Positions 1 to 13,600 of a stretch of 64,000 nt of DNA are shown one piece after another. The stretch's first letter is position 1. Each line of letters opens with the position of its first letter. Below the pieces are notes generated by a model, which searched no databases, had not been told where the DNA came from, and saw nothing but the letters and a program-made list of their open reading frames with translations. The stretch comes from an uncultured bacterium. Its GTDB lineage: Bacteria > CG03 > SLGR01 > JAGXOG01. The translations under genes were made by a program, and so were the position numbers. The stretch lies in assembly GCA_964476445.1 (NCBI GenBank), contig CAYZAK010000001.1:83271-147270 (forward strand), written 5' to 3'.

Positions 1-1639
1 CTCCCCATCTGTCTCCCCGCCAGTATTCCCAATTACCGGCACCATCGTCTTTTCTTAACTGTATTGCTACCTCACTTACTCTGGATCCGTAATTTGGATC
101 CCTGAAAGAACCCGTAAAAGTAGCAATCATTATATTATACGATTCTCCCCTGACCGGATAAACCATATCACTGTAAGGCGGAGTTATATCGTACCTGAAC
201 TCGGAATTGTAATTTTGGCTATTTAAAATATCGGTTTCCTCAACCTGCTCTTTATTAGGCTCCGATTTTACATCATCATAAGCCCTGACCCATATATTAT
301 TTACCAGTCCATCTCTCAAATTCACCCCGGTATAGGTCCAGGAAGAAGGATGCAATTCAGCTTCCACCCAGTTAATATCTTCCGTGGTCCATCCCTGTTC
401 TGTCCAGTAGTCCTCCTCATCCATCTGTATAACAAGTTCAACTTTGCTTACATCGGAATACTCATCAACTGCTGTTCCGTAAATAGTGAAAGTATGAGTG
501 GAGTCGTTTATCTGTTCGAATTCTCCCTCCATGGGGTACTCTACAAAAGATTCCGGAGTAGTGATATCGTAGATAAATGAAATACCGTTTTTTTCAGCGG
601 TGCTTTCCTGATTGCCGGCCAGGTCGGTCATTTTGGAAGTTACCCAATATTCCGAGCCGGCCGCTCCCCAATCTACATTGGAAGAATTCCAGCTCCAGGA
701 AGTAGTTCCTTCAACCAGGATCCAGTTTTCCTCTGCCAAGTCAAAATCAGTGGTTTCTGTATTATAATAATATTCACCGTTAAATATGGAAATACCCACA
801 AAATCCACTCCCTGGTCGTCGTAAGCAGACCCCTGGATTAAATCCATCTCATTGTAGTTCTGGCCTCCTCCTTCAGGATAGGTTACCGCCGAAACTCCCA
901 CTTGGGTATCGTAAACTATTCTATTCTTCAGAGGAGATTCAATATTTTGAGCTTCATCGTGAGCCCGGGTATATATCCAGTGTTCCTCCCCGTCATTCCA
1001 CTCGGCGGCGGTGGCGTCCCAAACCCATTGTTCGCTGGGAGAATCAAACGCTTCTCCTAACGGAGCCGCGGGATTCCAGATATAAGTTTCGCTTTCCTCC
1101 CAATTACCCTCACCGCTATGATTCCAGAAATAAGTAGTTCCTTCATCAATATATTTTAATGCTATATCAACTTCGGTTATGGCTGAAATTTCTCCCGCAT
1201 CCACCGCGGTACCTTCTATGGTGGGCTTCTCGTTTACATATTCCCCGTCCGGACTGCTTATTCCGGTCTCCGGGGGGGCATTATCCACCCAGAAATCAAT
1301 AGAACTTTCCACTGTCTCGGTAGAACCCAGAGAATCAAAAGACCTGGTCCACAGACGGTATCTTGCCGCCTGGGATTCTTCTTCCAGTCTCCACAGAGCA
1401 GGTACCCCGCCGGTCCACTCTTCGGTTCCATCCCGGGGACGCCAGTTTTCTTCGGCCACCCAGGAGCCTCCCCCTTCCCAGTATAGATCTTCATAGGCTT
1501 CGTCACCCTCCATATACCGGAGTTTTATTTGAGCTCCGGTAACTTCGGCCGGAGAGTATGCCAAAGCGGTTCCCGAAATATCGGTTAAAGGTTGAGTATG
1601 TAAACCAACATAGGGCATAGTTGATGCGGACACCGGTCG
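1..1639 (-). repeat. Trp-rich Ig-like repeat block 4 (4 full units + 1 partial)
   Basis: Units begin RPVSAST, DNAPPET, DTQVGVS, DITTPES, DITPPYS; same consensus as the other Trp-rich blocks. Confidence 0.8.
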
Positions 1640-4600
1640 GGTAGCCACAGTTATTCCGTCCTGCCAACCGTAGATATCCGGATCGTTTATATCGTATACC
1701 TGGACATCATGTTCTCCCGGAGTCATCATCTTAACTTCAAATTCTGATTCTCCTTCGTCTTCAAGTACAAAATTATACGGTTCCGGACTTACCTGTATAT
1801 CGGAAGTGGGAGCGTTAAAAGATACCGTGGAGGTATAATTCTCAAAAATATTACCGAACTGATCAACGGCCTGGACCAGGACCCCGGAAGTTTCATAATC
1901 AACCCTCTGGGGATCGGCTATCCCGGATAGGGATAAGCTGTCTAAAGAGGCGGGTTCAACAGATATCGGATATTGATGACCTTCAATAGTTTCATCATAA
2001 GGATCGCTCTGAAAAGCTCGCAGAGAAAAATTATCGCCGGATTCTCGGAATTCAACGGTAAAAAGGTTCAGGCCCCTCTCGGTGGAAGTGGAGTAAGTAA
2101 ACGTTCCCGGAGCCACGGTCCAATCAGTGTTGTCAGAAGTAAATGTTACGGTATTAGAATAATTGATATCCCGGTTGCCGTATTCATCCCGGGCTATCAC
2201 GTAAAAAGCGTCTTCCTCACCCGCTGCCAGCGTGGCTTGAATACCGGTGACCCTGAACTGACTGGTTTCCGCGGGGTTGACTTTTATACCCGGCTGACGG
2301 CCGTCTATTTCCGGCGAGGGATGATCAATATGCCTGACTTCCACGTACCACGGATCGTTAATATATCCTTCCGTGGTCCAGGAAGACCTGTTAAGGGTTA
2401 CCCCATCCGTAAATGTCCGTTCTCCTTCCACCAGATTCTGACCGGCAGTGGGCAGGGAATAGTAACCTACCGGATTATTGGTGAAAAACTGAACCGGGTC
2501 GGAGCTGCCGGTATCCAGATTGCCGAATTCATCGACGGCTCTTACCGTAATATCATAATCCGCACCGGCATCTATATCCGTGGACATTGAAACTTCGTAA
2601 TTCACCCGCTCGCCGGCAATTACTTCAATCTGGTCTTCTCCCATCCAGGGAGTGTAGTCTGTATCCTTTATCCTCACCACCCGATTTTCGGCGGCGGTAA
2701 TCAGTCGCACGGTGGTGGTATCATAGTCTGCTTCAAAGACGTGCAGTCCGTTATCGGCCAGGGTTCCGGTGGAGAAAGTATAATCAGCGGGAAGGATAAC
2801 TCCCTCATGCTCGTCGTCGGTATCGAAAGTAACTGTTCCTGTATAGTCGGTCTTTCTGTTGTTAAACTCATCCCTGGCCTCCACAACTATGCCCGTGGAA
2901 GTTCCCGCCCGATAGGGGTCGGGCAGGCCGGTAAGAACAAAATTATCTATCCCCGCCGGATCAACAGCTATGGTCATATCGCCATACCATTCGCCGGGGT
3001 TGGCCGTATCCCTGGCCCTGACTGTCCAACCTTCTTCGGCGGTAGTCCTTAAAACCATCTCCTCGGTAAATGTCCGATCGCCGTTATCTTCTCCTTCACC
3101 GGTTGTGAAAGTGTGGGTGGAAGGCAAAGTAGCCTGGGTATCTTCATCGCTGATAAAGGCGAACTCAACAGTCCCTTCATAGTCAAGAACCAGGTTGCCC
3201 CACTCGCCCCACTGACCGTCGTAAATTCTTACCCGGGGGCTTAACTCATCTCCGGCGGTCTCTGTCTGGGAACCTTCATAAAGATCAAGACGAACCTTCT
3301 CTATAGAAGCGTTTTCAACTGTAACAGTATTTGAATCCGAAGCAGGACCTTCCGGATCCACGGCGCTGACAGTCACCTGCCAGTCCCCCGATTTTTTCAG
3401 GTTTAATCCGGCCGGAAACTCAGCCAGTCCTTCATCATTAAGGGTAAAAGTATAATTATCTGGTAATTTTGCTTCCTCCGAATCCTCGGTGGTATAAAAG
3501 GTTATTTCTCCGGTATAACCCAGGGCCACGGTCCCGTCTTCGTTTAGGGCTCTTACCTGGATATCCATATCATCGCCGGCTACGGTGAACTGTCCGTCAA
3601 GATCCGTCCCATCTATTAATTCAAGAGAAAGATGGGTAACCGGTTTTACATACCTGAACCGACTTGAAGAAGGATCTGATTCCTGTAATCCCACATTATC
3701 CACCGCCCGGGCATATACATTGTAGTACCGGTCATCCTCCCACTGAATAGTTGAAGTGTCCAACTCAAAAAATTCTCCGCTTTGAGTGGTCGGATTATAT
3801 GTCTGTACTTCTGTCCAGGTAGAACCGGAGGCATCCCACCAGTAGTAAGGGCTAAAATCCTGTCTTATGGCCATATCCACGGTATCCAGGCCGGACAAAT
3901 CATCCGCTCCCGTGCTTCTTACAACATCCATCGATTCGTACATCGCTCCGTCCACCGGAGTATTAAGATAGGAATAGGGTTCGCTGTCATCGTAGATAAA
4001 AGTGACCGACGGCGTAGAAATCTGAACGTTGCCCGCCTCATCTTTAACGTAAGTTTTTACCTCATACGCCCCGGCGTCAGCCCAGGCTCCCGAAAGGGTG
4101 GTATAGGTCCAGGAAGAGGTGAACATCTGAGTTTCTACCCGAACCTCAGCGGTGGTCCAGGAACTTCCGGTCCAATTATAAGATCCCGAAGAGATTTGAA
4201 GTTTTACAAAATCGACCCCGGAGTATCCGTCATGCATTTCTCCTCTTATTTCTTCCGGTTCACCGCTGGTGTAGTACTCCCCTTCATCCGGATAGTTTAT
4301 AGTACTTGTCGGGGGAACCACATCATAGTGATATACGGACTTTATTTCCCAGGGTTCGATGTTCCCGGCATTGTCCCTGGCCCGGGAGTATATATAGTAA
4401 GTTTCCTCGTTATTTTCATAAAAAATTCCTATATCAGTTTCAGAGATACCGTATTCCCAGCTTCCCGCTCCATAATCCGCGTACATGGATATATCACCGC
4501 CCCAGACTTCTCCGTCCCAGTAATTTCCGTCGGAACTTCTTTGGATTTTTATTCTGACATCGCTTACTCCGCTGTTGGGGGAAGGATAATCCTCCGCTGC

Positions 4601-7600
4601 ACCGGTTAGAGGTTCCACCATATCATTATGACTGGCTTCATTTTTGGGATAATCTACCCAAGCCGTGGGAGTGGATTCGTCGTATCTGAAAGACAGCAGC
4701 GATCCCTGGTTGGCTTCTATATGCTGGGATACATCAGAATCGTACACTTCTTTGTTACCGGCCTCGTCCTTCACTCTCATCCACACCTGGTGCATCCGGC
4801 CGTTCTCCCAGTCTATCTGGGGCAGATTCCAGTTTTCATAATTATCCGCTGTCTGGCCGTCTATCCATTTCATATCTTCAAAATCTGTGCTCCAAGCTGT
4901 TCCGTCCCACCAGGCGCCCGGATCCCGTCGTAGAGCAACCTGAACCAGTTCCACTTCGTTTGTATCATAGGCCGTTCCCTCGATACCTTCAAATGACCAG
5001 TTCACCGCATCACCATCGTATACGGAAGTAACGGTGGCTGTCGGGGCCAGGGTATCGTAAATAAATATAACTTCAGTTAAATCCCCGGCATCTTCTACGT
5101 TTCCGGCCGTATCCTCGGCCCGGGAGGTAAGTTGATACTGGGTATTTTCATCAAAAGGTTCTCCGGGAATACTAAAATTCCAGCTCACTGCCGAATCACC
5201 CCAGTTTCCGGACGCTCCTTCAAGCCACTCTTCCCCGCCCCATCCGCTGCCGGTCCAGTACTGACCGTCCTTCTCTATTCTAACATCAATCTTATCCACT
5301 CCGAATTCGTTAAAAGCCGTACCAGAAATTACCTCGAGTTCGTTTCTTACCTCTCCCTCAGCGGGTACGTCAATATCCGACACCGGAGTATCTGTATCGT
5401 AAGTAACCGCTATCTCGTAAACCGGTTCTTCCACATTAGCTGCGTCATCTACCGACCGGGTACGGATTTTGTGTTCTTTCTGGTTCTGCCAGGCTACGTT
5501 CTCGGCGTTAAAATACCAGTCCACTACCGGAGAAATTCCGAACCCATCGCCGGTGGCTTCTGTGGTATCGTTCCAGTAAGAAGCTGTTGTTGTGGACTGG
5601 ATACTCTGGTTCCAGTAATATGTGGTTCCTTCATCTATATAACTTATCTGTATCTGGACATTAGTTATATTTGAAAATTCTCCCGGGTCTTTTGCCGTTC
5701 CTTCTATTAAATCTATGGAAGAATAATTTTCTCCGTGGCTGTGGGAGGTAATTTCCGATTCGGGCAGACCCCGGTCGGTGTAAAACCGGTAAGGGCCTCT
5801 GACCGTTTCGGTTCCCTTAAGCGAATCATAGGCCCGAAAGTAAAACCTGTAAATCGCATTGCCGTCTACATCCAGGTTATCCCAGGAAGGTAAATCTTCG
5901 CTGTAGAATACCTGTTCCTGACTGTTGTAATCCAGTTCTCTCCATCTTTCGGCTCCCCAGGAAATTCCTCCCCTCCAGTACTGACCTTCTCTGTCTCCTC
6001 CCGATTCACAGTAAAGACGCATCTCCACTTTAGTTACTTCAGCATAATCTTCGTGGTGGGGCACCGCTGTTCCCGAGGTCGAATCCAGGGACCAGGAACG
6101 GTAGCCGTCGTAAGGCATATCCACCGAAGTATCCGGGGGTAAAAGTACTCTGACATTTACCGATTCCCCGGTTTTTGTAGCATCATTATCATCGGTTACC
6201 GTAATCTTCCAACCTTCAGCGGTGTTAGAAGAGTTAAATACCGCTCCGCCGGGCCAGGTCTTTACCCCGTCGTCATCTTCAGTGTAATTGGAAGGTCCGG
6301 GTAAATCAGCAAGAATATCTTCAGAAGCAAAAGTTACAGTTGATACATAATTTTCTACTACATTGTCAAACTCATCCTGGGCTTCCACGGTTATATCCAC
6401 CGGTCGGTTTATACTCACGGCATTATCTTCTGAAAGTCCGCCCAATTTTACCCCGAATTGTTCCAATTCTCCGGCATCAACTGTTATTCCGGTCCGGGTA
6501 CCGGAAGAAAGTCCGCCGGCATAGGCCCACAGCTCCTGGTTCACTCCCGCGGAGCGGTATATCGCGGTATAGTTTTCACTGCCCTCGGTAAGGGTAAGCT
6601 CCACAGGTACAGCAAATCCATCCACCGTGGCCGTATCATCCGTTCCGCCGGTATGGAAGGTAACTTCTCCGGACCAGTCATATACAATATTGTTAAACTC
6701 GTCCCTGACTGATACTCCGGCGGTGTTCGGACTTCCGGCATCCACCTGTCCCGGATAATCTACGGTCAATTTTTCAGCAACAGCAGCCTCTACCATTATT
6801 CCTTCCTGAGATCCAAGGTTATTGTTGCCGTCTTCTACAGTTACTTCAAATCTTTGGGTTAACGGGTCGCTGGCCTCTTTAAGGGTAACCCAGTTGGTGA
6901 ATTCCTGGTAACCGTCAGATATTTCTCCGGGTCCCAGAGATTCAAAATTCTCGTTATCGCTGTCAAATACCACTGTTCCGGTATAATCTGTCTGCAAGTT
7001 ACCGAATTCATCCACCGCTTCTACAGTTATATTCTGAACCACTCCTGCAGTTATTTGAGTGGTCATACTAACTTCAAAAGCTTCCACTGCGGACGGCTCC
7101 ACAGTCACCGTCCGGGTTCCCATCCACACTCCAAAGGCCGTCTCTTCCACTCTCACGTATCGACTTCCCGAAGTAATCAGCCGCACGGTATCCGTCACCG
7201 TTAATCCTTCAAAATTATGGACTCCCGAATCTTCCGGTTCAAAGGTGTAATCATCCGGAAAATTGACTTCTTCATGGACATCATCTGTATCAAAAGATAT
7301 GGTTCCCTGGTAATCGGTTTTGGTGTTCTCAAATTCGTCCCTGGCTTCTACCGTTATCCCCGATTCAGCTCCGGCTTCAAAAGGATCGGGCAGACCGGTT
7401 AAGATAAAATGATCTATCCCAGCCGGATTTACAATAACGTACTGATCATTTTCTATACTTGTACCCACTATCCGGGCATTAACCTGCCAGCCGGTATCCT
7501 GGTTCTTTTCTTTTAACTCCAGCTGATCGGTGAACTCATGTTCTCCGCCTTCTATACCATCGAAATTATAATTTCCGGGCATGTCTGTCTCATAGGGATA

Positions 7601-10600
7601 ATTTTCACTTTCAAAAGTTACCTCCCCGTCAAAATCTTCCACCGGGTTACCCCAGTCACCCCACTGTCCGTCAAATATTTCCACTACCGGTGATTGTATT
7701 TCTCCGGCCACCTGATAGGCGGGTACCCCGGTAAGCTGGATTTTCTGAGCGGGAGCCCATTTTACGTCAATATTCTGTACTTTAAAAAGATCTTCGTCAT
7801 CGCTGTCTTCAGCTCTTACCCAGGAAGAAGCATCCCGGTAGACAAAGTTTAAAGCAGTTGAAGATACATTGCCTTCAAATATCCTGCTTCCTTCATCCGC
7901 GGTTGTAAATGTATAGCTTGTTGGAGCGGTATCGTATTCTTCATGGGCCACGCTGAATTCCACCGTTCCCTGGTACCATTTTGCCGGATTTCCATCTTCA
8001 TTTAAAGCTGTCAGTTTAAACGGTACTGTCGAACCGGCGGTAACTTCCCCGTCCAGTTCAGTACCGTCGGGACGGACAAATTCAAAATCGACCGCAGGCT
8101 TGTAGTAGGTAAAGACTGACTGGGATTCATTGGTAATATTAGTTTCGGTTATTCCCACATTATCTGTGGCACGCAAACGGATACGATAATCCGAATCATC
8201 CTGCCAGGGGACTCCGGAAGAATCAAAACGCCATTTTCCTCCAGAAAACACCATGGTGGAAAATACGGTTCCCGACACCCAGTCCCCGGTCTGAGTATCC
8301 CAGTGACGCAAATCACCAAAATTCTCTCTGATTGCCACCTCAACTTCATCCACTCCGCTGGTAGCATCTAAAGCCGTTCCGGTTATCTCATCCATCATCT
8401 CATACCCCTGGCCATCAACGGGCATCTCCACAAAACTTTCCGGTTCGGAAATATCGTACTGAAAACGTTTTGTAACGGGAGTCTCTCCTACGTTACCCGC
8501 CACATCCAGGGCCCGGGAGGTTATCTCATAAAGTACATCGTCTTCCCAGACAGGCACGTCGGTATAAGTCCAGGAGGAAGTATGGAGCTGAGCATTAATT
8601 GCAGAATACTGTTCTTCTTCGGTCCAGACGCTCCCGGTCCAATAGTTGTTTCCGGAAGAAATTTTTACCTCAACCTTATCAATTCCCGAATACCCGTCAT
8701 ATTGCCCCCCGTGTATTAAAGTGTCAACCTCATCACCGGCGGTATAATATTCTTCTTCGGTTTCTGTTTCGGGCAGTTCTACGGTACTTGTCGGGGGAAC
8801 CACATCGTAATAAAAAGTGGTCTTTGCCGTTAAGTCTTCGATATTTCCGGCGTAATCCTCAGCATAAGTATAAATAAAATATTCTTCTTCGGGATTTTCG
8901 TAAAAAACCGAACGAGCCTCTGGAGAAATATAAAATTCCCAGTCAGGATCAAAAAAGTCAACTGTCATAGTCCGTTCACCACCCCAGTATGTACCTCTCC
9001 ACCACTGGTCATCGCTGGCACGCTGGAGCAGTATTCTCACTCTTGAGACGCCGGAACCCGGCAGCGGATCAAAGGCCTGGCCTGTTACAGTTCCGTATTG
9101 AATGTTATAATATTTATTATTTTCAGGAAAATCTACCAGGGAGTCCGGCGGGGTTTCATCGTAAGTAAATCTGACATAATAATCCTGAATGTTTTCTATA
9201 GTAGAATCAGATTCGGTATCATAAACTGTCCTGTTCTCGGCTTTATCGGTTACCCTCATCCATATATGATGGGGGATGCCGTCTAGCCAATTTATCCCGC
9301 CAACCTTCCAGGTTTCATAAGTATCGGCAGTAGTTGATTCTGCAGGAATCCATATTATTTCATCTCCCTGCCATGATTCAGTTGCTGGGTTCCAGTACTC
9401 ATCTTCCGCTTCAACCACAACCTCTACCGAATAAATACCGGAAGGTTCACCCGAAGCTTCTCCTTCTATATCCACAAGTGTATTGGGATTATAATACTGC
9501 CCGGATTCAATATTCGTTATTTCTGCACTAGGGAAGGCTGTATCGTTATAAAAAGTCACAGCCGGCGCCGTATAGGTATTTCCGGCGTCGTCACTTATCA
9601 TGGCCAGGACTTCAAAAGGAGTACCATCATCATATTCGCCCAGCGCCGATGCCCCCGGCCCGGACTCGAAACTCCAATCCTCGACCGAGAAACTTGCTTC
9701 CACCCAGACTTCGTCCAACACCCAGTCCGTTCCACTCCAGTAGTATATTGGCGAATCCGACTTTCTTATTCTTAACTTTACTCCATCCACACTTATCCCG
9801 GAAAGATCATCCGCAGCGGTACCGGAAATATCGGTCATAGTGTTGTAGTACTCATCCGGTTCGGGAAACTCTATCAATCCTTCAGGGGGAACTGTATCCA
9901 TCATGAAAAGATGCGCGGTAGGAACAGTCTGGGTATTTGCCGCGCTGTCATAAGCCCGGGTTTCTACTCTGTACTCCCGGTTATGTTCAAACGCAGTAGT
10001 TACGGTAACTTCGTACTGCCATGATTCTGTCCCTTCGGCGGAAAGCCAGTGGGAACCGGAATCCCAGCTTTCACCATCCCAGCTTTCCTGAGAACCTTCC
10101 CCGTAATCTCTGAATATCCTGACTTCAGTTCCTTCCACTCCCGCGAAGAACGATCCCGCGGTCGGCGGCGGATCTTCAGCAGTACCGGAAATTATTGACA
10201 TTGTGGAATGATCGTATTTATACGGATAGGTAAACTTGGACTGGGGACGGGTAGTATCATAAATCATATCACTAAAATACCAAGAACCGTCATCAAAATT
10301 TCCGGCCAAATCCTGGCCCTCCAGTCTTAAGGTATACCTGTTACCGTCTATAAGTTCCCCGTCGAACTGATCCCAGGGTATAGTCTGGAATTCCAGATCT
10401 TCGCCCTGGGCTTCATTTAAGATGGCCGTATAGGTAGAACCTTCAACTTCCTCGTTCCAACCAGATTGGGCTTCAAAAACAACTCTTGTCGGTCCCACCT
10501 GCATTTTCTCATCAAGGGTAAGTCCAACATCCATAGAATTTATCGTAGCGGACGTAGAAGGACTCACATCGGAAAATCCGGGCGGGGTTAAATCCCAGGT

Positions 10601-13600
10601 GAATGTTACGGTAGAAAATTCCGTCTGCCAGTTTCCGGCCTTATCCAAGGCTCTTATTATCACCTGGTACTGTCCGTCATCAGGCGGTGAATCTTCATCG
10701 GCAAATGGATTTTCCACTTCTTCAGTCCAGTTGCCCGCGGAATAAAAAGCGGTCCACCAGTTGCCTTCGGAGCTCTGGCCGGTCCAGTCCTCCTGGGTCC
10801 AGTACCCGGTGGTCCCCTCTGATTTCCTGTAAGCCACTTCAACGTCTTCTATACCGGAGACCAGTTCCTGACCGGAACTATCATCCTGGGCGGTCCCTGT
10901 TATTTCCAGAAGTTCGTTATAATAACCCCCGTCTGAGGGTTGATCACCCCCGGTTACAGGAGGCCGGTTGTCATAAACGAATTCCGCGGTTTGAGTGGAA
11001 GTTTCTATATTGCCGGACCGGTCTTTACCTCTTACGGTTATACGATATTCATAACCTGAAGCCCAGGAAATGTCCGAATATGTCCAGGAAGAAGAGTATA
11101 TAATGAGATCCTCATCATCTTCATCGGACAACGTCTCTTTGGAAATAGACCAGCCCCCCCCGTCCCAGTATCTGGTAGTACCGGGAGTCCGGCGGATCAT
11201 TATATCAATATCGTACCATTCCCCGGGTGGCGTGTCCGCTCCCGTACCCATAATTTGAGGCAGAGCGTTGTAATACTCTTCATAGGGTTCGGTAATTCCG
11301 CTGGTGGGCGGTATAGTATCTATAATAAGTTCACTTAAACCCGAACTGCCGGTATTGGGCGACGGCTGAACATGATCCCTGGCCCTGGACCTTATAAAAT
11401 ACTGGCCGTCGTCTTCCCAGACCGCCGTGGGATAGTCAACGTCCCAGTACCATTCTTCGGAAAGAGAATCAAATGTTCCATCAATGGGTTGAACGGGAAT
11501 CCAGTGTTCTCCGGCTCCCCAGTCCCCTCCCTGCTGATAATAATTATCTTCAGTATCCTGGATAGTTATATGCACCTCTCCTATTTTTCCCAGCTCGTAA
11601 CCCCAGGCTTCCCCGGAAGGATCTTCGGCTATTCCCGATATCCGGGAAACACTCTGGTGATGCGCACCAGCGGCGGGCTCCTGGACACTGGCAGTCGGAT
11701 CGGTCTGGTCAATAATAAAGTATCTTCCGGAGCCGGGGGACTCTTCGCCCGCGGGGCCAACACCCTTAGACCTTATGTTATACATAGTTCCGTCAATCCA
11801 CACTGACTGGTCAACTGAAAGATACCAGGAATAAGGAGCTTCACCGGTCGGGGTATCCACCTGGTTCCAAACCTCGGTATCGGACCACTGTCCGGAATCA
11901 TTGTCCCAGTATGTACCGTAAGTGGGGCCCGAAGATATGAGAACATATGTTTCGTTCTCATATGTATACTCATCCGCCTCACCGCTTATCTGGGAGGGCG
12001 ACCTGTAATAGTTGGGGTTCAGCTCAGTTCCCGACGGCGTGTTGATTACGGTTGTCGGAAAAGGTGAACTGTAATACCAGGTATGAGACTTGGTCTCTTC
12101 TACATTTCCGGCTCTGTCCGTTGCCCGGAATTCTGTTTCATACTGCACACCTTCTGCAGTCGCCTGCCAGGAGACGCCGGAAGTGCTTATGCTCCAGCTT
12201 TCACCATCCGGTGTTATACCGTCGCTCCACTCCTGCTGGGGGCTTGAGCTCCACTCATCCTCCTGCCAGTCCCACATCATTCCCGTGAAATCTCCGCCGG
12301 CTGTCTGTCTTATCCTTATCTCAACATAATCCACCTCACCGGGAGGAGTGTCACTGGCGGTACCGTAAATCTCCGGCATCATCTCATACGTATTGTTATC
12401 CTCCGGCCTCTCCATAACTGTCTCGGGAGCTATGGTGTCATATATAAATGTCCTGGTGGAAAAGTCCACTTCCACGTTCGGCCCGGTAATTCCGTCAGAA
12501 GTAGTCCTGTCAATAGCCCGCGCATTAACGTTATAGGTAATGCCGTCCTCAAATGCTCCCTCAAGCGACGTGTACGTCCAGGAAGACCCCCACCACTCGG
12601 CCTCCTGCCAGGCCTGGCCGGGATCCATATGCTGCCAGGATGAACCGTCCCAGAAAATTTCCGTACCGGTCCCGGAGGATATTCTCACCTGAACCCGGTC
12701 CACTCCGGCGCTGTAGTACGGCTCGGCGGGAAGGTCCTCCGCGGTTCCCCATATCTTCTCCAGCGTCTTATCACTCTCGTAATCGCTGTCGGGCTTACTT
12801 ATGGTGCTCTCAGGCGGGGTCTCGTCATATATGAAAGATACTGATTTTATATCTTCCACGTTTCCAGCGTGGTCGCTGTGCCATGCATAAATATGGTAAA
12901 GGTAGCCCTCCTGCCAGTTAGGCATAGTATCATAGACCCACTCCTCTCCCGCGGGCGGGTAAAGAGTGCTTTCTGTGGTAACCCAGTCCGGAGTGTCCCA
13001 GTAATAGGTGGCCGGGTCCCCGGGGCGCTGATGCGTAATCTGAAGCCTTAGCTGAGCCAATCCGGAATCAAACCCTGCCGGGTAATCCATAGCCGTACCT
13101 GATACAAGAAAGGGCTCGTTCCTGTGCCCTCCATCCTCAGGATGGGTAAAAGAAGTCTCAGGAGGTGTGGAATCAAAAAGAAAGGTAATCGTGGAGTAAT
13201 CTATCTCGTAGTTACCCCTGTTATCCCTTGCTCTTGACATTATCCGGTAATCGTTACCGGATATCCAGTTTATGCCTTCTCCGGCATAAGTCCATGAAGA
13301 CTCATGCACTTCGGCCTCGTTTAAGAACTCATTCTCCTGCCACTCACCGGCGTCTTCATTCCAGAAAAACATGTTTGACACCCTCTGGATCTTTACCTTA
13401 ACTTCAACAACTTCTTCATCATCCCAGTGCGTTCCTTCTATGGCCGGCGGGGTCAACTCGTTAATATAATCTCCGTCTTCAGGAAAGGTTACCGTTGATA
13501 CCGGTCTGTCAGTTACAAATACATCTTCTTTAATTCCGTCTTTAGCGGGACTTTCAAAGTCATACACACGCAGGTAGTAAACCCCTCGCGTGGAAAATCT

